A stretch of DNA of 32,000 nt from Mycolicibacterium smegmatis (GTDB taxonomy: Bacteria > Actinomycetota > Actinomycetes > Mycobacteriales > Mycobacteriaceae): positions 3,900,001 to 3,932,000 of the forward strand of contig NZ_LN831039.1 in assembly GCF_001457595.1 (NCBI RefSeq). Direction: 5' to 3'. Under the pieces are notes generated by a model. It had not been told where the DNA came from. It did not search any database and saw only the letters and a program-made list of their open reading frames with translations. The translations under genes and the position numbers were made by a program. Below, in pieces: positions 28,310 to 32,000 of this stretch (position 1 is its first letter; each line of letters begins with the position of its first letter).

Positions 28310-28325
28310 GACAACGTTTGTTGTC
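28310..28325. promoter_or_regulatory. Candidate operator palindrome GACAAC-gttt-GTTGTC
   Basis: Perfect 6-bp dyad, 4-nt spacer, in the divergent gap between cyclase and MpaB/DUF2236 genes. Confidence 0.45.
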
Positions 28326-28380
28326 AGCACTATCGTGAAGGTACTTGTGATGCACGTCACGACATGGACAGGGATGCCGA

Positions 28381-29418
28381 ATGGCCACACGCGCGACCTC
28401 CACCGACACCGCCTCCGACCCGCTCGGACCGGACTCACTGACCTGGAAGTACTTCGGCGATCTGCGTACCGGCATGCTCGGCGTCTGGATCGGCGCGATC
28501 CAGAACATGTACCCAGAACTCGGCGCGGGCGTCGAGGAACACTCGATCCTGTTGCGCGAGCCGCTTCAGCGCGTGGCGCGGTCGGTGTACCCGATCATGG
28601 GCGTGGTCTACGACGGCGACCGCGCACCCGAAACCGGCGCGCAGATCAAGGGATTCCACAAGACCATCAAAGGCGTCGACAGCTCGGGCAGGCGCTACCA
28701 CGCGCTCAACCCCGAGACGTTCTACTGGGCGCACGCCACGTTCTTCATGCTGATCATCAAGACCGCCGAGTACTTCTGCGGTGGCCTGACCGAGGCCGAG
28801 AAGCGTCAACTGTTCGACGAGCACGTGCAGTGGTACCGCATGTACGGCATGAGCATGCGTCCCGTGCCACAGACCTGGGAGGAGTTTCAGGACTACTGGG
28901 ACGCCAAATGCCGCGACGAGCTGGAGATCAACCGCGCGACCCTCGACATCTTCAGCATCCGGATCCCCAAGCCGTGGTTCGTGCTGATGCCCACACCCAT
29001 CTGGGATCAGCTGTTCAAGCCGCTGGTGGGCGCGCAGCGGTGGATCGCGGCGGGCCTGTTCGACCCCGTGGTGCGCGAAAAGGCCGGGATGCGCTGGACT
29101 CCGGGAGACGAGGTGCTGTTGCGCATCTTCGGCAAGGCCGTCGAACTCGCATTCCTCGCGGTGCCCGACGAGATCCGTCTGCACCCGCGTGCGGTGTCGG
29201 CCTACCGCCGCGCGAAGGGCCGCATCCCCGCCGACGCGCCGCTGGTGGAGGCACCGGGCTTCACGGCTCCCCCGAAGGACCGCCGCGGCCTGCCGATGCA
29301 CTACCTGCCGCAGCGGCGGTCGCTGCTGGACCGCGCGGGCGCCCTTGTGCACTCCACACTGTCGCTACCGGCGCTGCGACCTGCCAAGAAGTCGTCTCCA
29401 CGGCGGTCGGCGGCGTGA
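28381..29418 (+). CDS. Oxygenase MpaB / DUF2236 family protein (Rv1645c-like)
   Basis: 345 aa; SILLREPLQRVARSVYPIMGVVYDGDR, ARDELEINRATLDIF-type motif, FHKTIKGVDSSGRRYHALNPETFYWAHATFF. Confidence 0.85.
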   Translation: MATRATSTDTASDPLGPDSLTWKYFGDLRTGMLGVWIGAIQNMYPELGAGVEEHSILLREPLQRVARSVYPIMGVVYDGDRAPETGAQIKGFHKTIKGVDSSGRRYHALNPETFYWAHATFFMLIIKTAEYFCGGLTEAEKRQLFDEHVQWYRMYGMSMRPVPQTWEEFQDYWDAKCRDELEINRATLDIFSIRIPKPWFVLMPTPIWDQLFKPLVGAQRWIAAGLFDPVVREKAGMRWTPGDEVLLRIFGKAVELAFLAVPDEIRLHPRAVSAYRRAKGRIPADAPLVEAPGFTAPPKDRRGLPMHYLPQRRSLLDRAGALVHSTLSLPALRPAKKSSPRRSAA

Positions 29419-29457
29419 TTCTTGACACCTGTCGAGAAGTGATTTTTGACACCTGTC
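29415..29457 (+). repeat. Tandem direct repeat GTGATT[C/T]TTGACACCTGTC, two 19-bp copies, period 24
   Basis: 29415-29433 and 29439-29457 differ at one base; each copy contains a TTGACA hexamer. Confidence 0.95.
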
Positions 29458-29466
29458 TAAGCTGTT

Positions 29467-30702
29467 GTGATGCTTGATTGGTCTGACGTCGATGTGGCCG
29501 TACGCGATGCCGTGCGGGAGTTCGTGGACAAAGAGATCCGGCCGCACCTCGATGAGCTCGAGAGCGGCGACATGGAGCCCTACCCCATCATCCGGAAGCT
29601 GTTCTCCACCTTCGGGATCGACACCATGGCCAAGGAGGCCCTGGACAAGCGCCTGGCCCGGTTGCGCGCCGGCGAGGACAAGCCCGGCAAGTCCTCGGGC
29701 GGTGGCATGTTCGGCGGCGGCTCGCCCGGCATGGGATTCGTGCTGATCAGCGAGTTGTGCCGGGTGTCGATGGGCCTGGTGACGGGCATGGGCGTGAGCC
29801 TGGGCCTGACGGTGCCGACCATCCAGAGCCGGGGCACCCTGGCACAGCAGGAACGCTGGCTGCCGGGTCTGGTGACCTACGAGAAGATCGGCGCGTGGGC
29901 GATCACCGAACCCGATTCGGGTTCCGACGCGTTCGGCGGCATGAAGTCCTATGTGGTGCGCGACGGCGACGACTACATCCTCAACGGCCAGAAGACGTTC
30001 ATCACCAACGGTCCCGACGCCGATGTGGTGGTGGTCTACGCCAAGCTGGACGAGGGTGACGGTGTGGACAAGCGTGACCGCAAGGTACTGACGTTCGTGC
30101 TCGACAAGGGCATGGAGGGCTTCGTGCAGTCGAAGCCGTTCCGCAAGATGGGCATCCACTCGTCGCGCACCGGTGAGCTGTTCTTCAACAACGTCCGCCT
30201 GGGCCGCGACCGCCTGCTCGGCGAGACCGAGGACCACGGCGCGGGCGACGGCCGCGACAGCGCGCGGTCGAGCTTCTCGGCCGAACGCATCGGCGTCGCG
30301 GCCATGGCGCTCGGCGTCATCGAGGAGTGCCTGCGGCTCAGCGTCGACTACGCCAAGAGCCGCAAGCTGTGGGGCCAGGAGATCGGCCAGTTCCAGCTGA
30401 TCCAGCTCAAGCTCGCCAACATGGAAGTCGCGCGGATGAACGTGCGCAACATGCTGTTCCGTGTCATCGAGTCGTCACAGGAAGGCAAGCCGATCTCACT
30501 TGCCGAGGCCTCGGCGATCAAGTGGTACTGCTCGCAGGCCGCCACCGACGTCGCGATGGACGCCGTGCAGCTGTTCGGCGGCAACGGTTACATGACCGAG
30601 TACCGCGTCGAACAGCTCGCACGCGACGCCAAGAGCCTGATGATCTACGCCGGCAGCAACGAGGTGCAGATCACCCACGTGGCGCGGGGTCTGCTCAGCT
30701 AG
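29467..30702 (+). CDS. Acyl-CoA dehydrogenase (start GTG 29467 or ATG 29470)
   Basis: 411 aa; YEKIGAWAITEPDSGSDAFGG, QLFGGNGYMTEYRVEQLARDAKSLMIYAGSNEVQ. Confidence 0.95.
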   Translation: MMLDWSDVDVAVRDAVREFVDKEIRPHLDELESGDMEPYPIIRKLFSTFGIDTMAKEALDKRLARLRAGEDKPGKSSGGGMFGGGSPGMGFVLISELCRVSMGLVTGMGVSLGLTVPTIQSRGTLAQQERWLPGLVTYEKIGAWAITEPDSGSDAFGGMKSYVVRDGDDYILNGQKTFITNGPDADVVVVYAKLDEGDGVDKRDRKVLTFVLDKGMEGFVQSKPFRKMGIHSSRTGELFFNNVRLGRDRLLGETEDHGAGDGRDSARSSFSAERIGVAAMALGVIEECLRLSVDYAKSRKLWGQEIGQFQLIQLKLANMEVARMNVRNMLFRVIESSQEGKPISLAEASAIKWYCSQAATDVAMDAVQLFGGNGYMTEYRVEQLARDAKSLMIYAGSNEVQITHVARGLLS

Positions 30703-31106
30703 TCGGGCACGACCGCGAGGGCGTCGATCTCCACCAGCATCACCTCGTGCGGCAGTCCGACGAAAACGGTTGTGCGGCAAGGCAGCTGGTCGGAGGTCAC
30801 GTTCTCGGCGATGAACTCTCCGTACACCTCGTTCATCGCGGCGAAGTCCTCGCGCTTGGTGAGGTAGACGCGGAACATCAACACGTCGTCGACGCCTGCC
30901 CCACCCGCGGCGAGAATGGCCTTGACGTTCTCCAGGGTGCGGCGGGTCTGCGCGCGCACGTCTCCTTCGCCGATGTAGGTGTTGGTGGCGGGGTCCATCG
31001 GGCCCTGCCCGGACACCTGCAGCAGGCCGCCCTTCCTGATGCCCTGACTGAAGGTGTGCGCGGGGGCGGGTGCAGCGTCGGTGCGGATGACCTGGGAATC
31101 GGACAC
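30699..31106 (-). CDS. RidA/YjgF-family protein
   Basis: 135 aa; GGLLQVSGQGPMDPATNTYIGEGDVRAQTRRTLENVKAILAAGGAGVDDVLMFRVYL; SD AAAGGAG. Confidence 0.92.
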   Translation of the reverse strand: MSDSQVIRTDAAPAPAHTFSQGIRKGGLLQVSGQGPMDPATNTYIGEGDVRAQTRRTLENVKAILAAGGAGVDDVLMFRVYLTKREDFAAMNEVYGEFIAENVTSDQLPCRTTVFVGLPHEVMLVEIDALAVVPD

Positions 31107-31125
31107 GTGAATCTCCTTTGTTCGC

Positions 31126-31881
31126 TCAGCTTTTGACGGTGGGCAGGTAGCCGCAGTCGCGCGAGATGCGTTCGCCGACCTCCTGCAACGGCCCGAGGAG
31201 GTCGAGCACCTCCTCGAACGGCAGTACGACGTTGGGCACCGAGACGCTCACCGCGGCGACAACCCGCCCCGACGCGCCGCGGATCGGCACGCCGATGCAG
31301 TTGATCGACGGTTCATTCTCCTCGCGGTCCTGCGCCCAACCCTGGGCGCGCACCTTGTCGATCTCGGCGAGGAACGCCTCGGGCGTGGTGATGGTGTTGG
31401 GCGTGCGCCGGGTGAAGTCCATGGTCGCGACGAACGGGCGCAACTCGGCATCGGGCAGATCGGCGAGGATCACCTTGGCGACCGCGGTCGAATTGAGGTT
31501 GGCGCTCAACCCGATTCGCGAGAACATCCGGATCTGGTCGTGGGATTCGAGCTTGTCGATGTAGACGATGTCGTTGCCCTCCATCGCCGCGAGATGGGTG
31601 GTGCGGCCGTACGCACGGTTGAACGCCACCAGATGCGGCGACGCGATCGCGCGGATCTCCCGCTGATCGGTTCCCCGCGCGGCCAATTCGAACACCCGCG
31701 ATCCGAGGTGGTAGCGGTTGCTCTGGTCGCGGAAGGTGAACCGCTCGTCGGCGAGCGTGCGCAGCAACCGCAGCACCGTGGTCTTGTGCACGCCGGTCGA
31801 TTGCGCGAGTTCGTCGAGGGTGGCCGGCCCGTTGCCCAGCTGGATCAACAGGTGAAGCGCTCGTGCGACGCTCTGGCTCAT
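31126..31881 (-). CDS. IclR-family transcriptional regulator
   Basis: 251 aa; SVARALHLLIQLGNGPATLDELAQSTGVHKTTVLRLLRTL, C-terminal SINCIGVPIRGASGRVVAAVSVS. Confidence 0.94.
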   Translation of the reverse strand: MSQSVARALHLLIQLGNGPATLDELAQSTGVHKTTVLRLLRTLADERFTFRDQSNRYHLGSRVFELAARGTDQREIRAIASPHLVAFNRAYGRTTHLAAMEGNDIVYIDKLESHDQIRMFSRIGLSANLNSTAVAKVILADLPDAELRPFVATMDFTRRTPNTITTPEAFLAEIDKVRAQGWAQDREENEPSINCIGVPIRGASGRVVAAVSVSVPNVVLPFEEVLDLLGPLQEVGERISRDCGYLPTVKS

Positions 31882-31885
31882 CGGC

Positions 31886-32000
31886 TCACATCCCTTCCGG
31901 CAGCGCGAAACCCGCTGTGGTCACGGTAGTCGCCGCCCATTCCGGTGGCGAACATGCGAGCAGGCGTTGCAGCGTGCCGGCGGGCGGTGGCGGCGCCCAG
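31886..32000 (-). CDS. Possible 3' end of another CDS upstream of the IclR gene (function not assignable)
   Basis: Open frame ...LQRLLACSPPEWAATTVTTAGFALPEGM* ending 4 nt before the IclR ATG; truncated by the window. Confidence 0.4.
   Translation of the reverse strand, partial: WAPPPPAGTLQRLLACSPPEWAATTVTTAGFALPEGM

Noticed and set aside
28152-28508. N-terminal extension of the cyclase track ORF
   Set aside because: Would cross the divergent promoter gap and the 5' end of the MpaB/DUF2236 gene; GTG 28151 fits better.
28335-29477. 380-aa plus-strand ORF overlapping the MpaB/DUF2236 gene in another frame
   Set aside because: Arg/Ala/His-rich out-of-frame translation; the 28381-29418 frame has family-consistent sequence.

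Overview
The window reads as a mycobacterial chromosomal segment. The best fit is a fast grower such as Mycolicibacterium smegmatis; this is inferred from gene order and sequence character, not from a database search. Contents left to right: 5' part of 23S rRNA, ITS and 16S rRNA on the minus strand, preceded by an rrn leader and promoter directly downstream of tyrS (the rrnB arrangement of fast growers); tyrS and a 3-methyladenine DNA glycosylase (-); a divergent small HTH gene plus an ATPase-less Clp-N-domain gene (+); ABC-2 transporter ATPase and permease, and a TetR regulator (+); Trm112-like protein, exported hypothetical and a 998-aa Rv1683-like lipase/acyl-CoA-synthetase fusion (-); an ABC-F ATPase (+); the argC-J-B-D-F-R-G-H operon (-); pheS-pheT, a rhomboid-like membrane protein and an Rv1647-like class III adenylate cyclase (-); an MpaB/DUF2236 protein and acyl-CoA dehydrogenase (+); RidA-like and IclR genes (-). 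Most coding content is ordinary. The most interesting signals are non-coding: (1) two identical-architecture palindromes GTCAAG-N4-CTTGAC between the glycosylase and HTH/Clp-N genes, one inside a perfect 36-bp inverted repeat that covers a predicted leaderless promoter and start codon; (2) a 59-nt palindromic element present in both the argG-argH and pheT-argC gaps; (3) tandem 24-bp-period repeats before the acyl-CoA dehydrogenase; (4) an 11-bp inverted repeat bracketing the rrn promoter; (5) an unusually degenerate adenylation domain in the Rv1683-like protein. No CRISPR array, transposon, prophage or tRNA was recognised.
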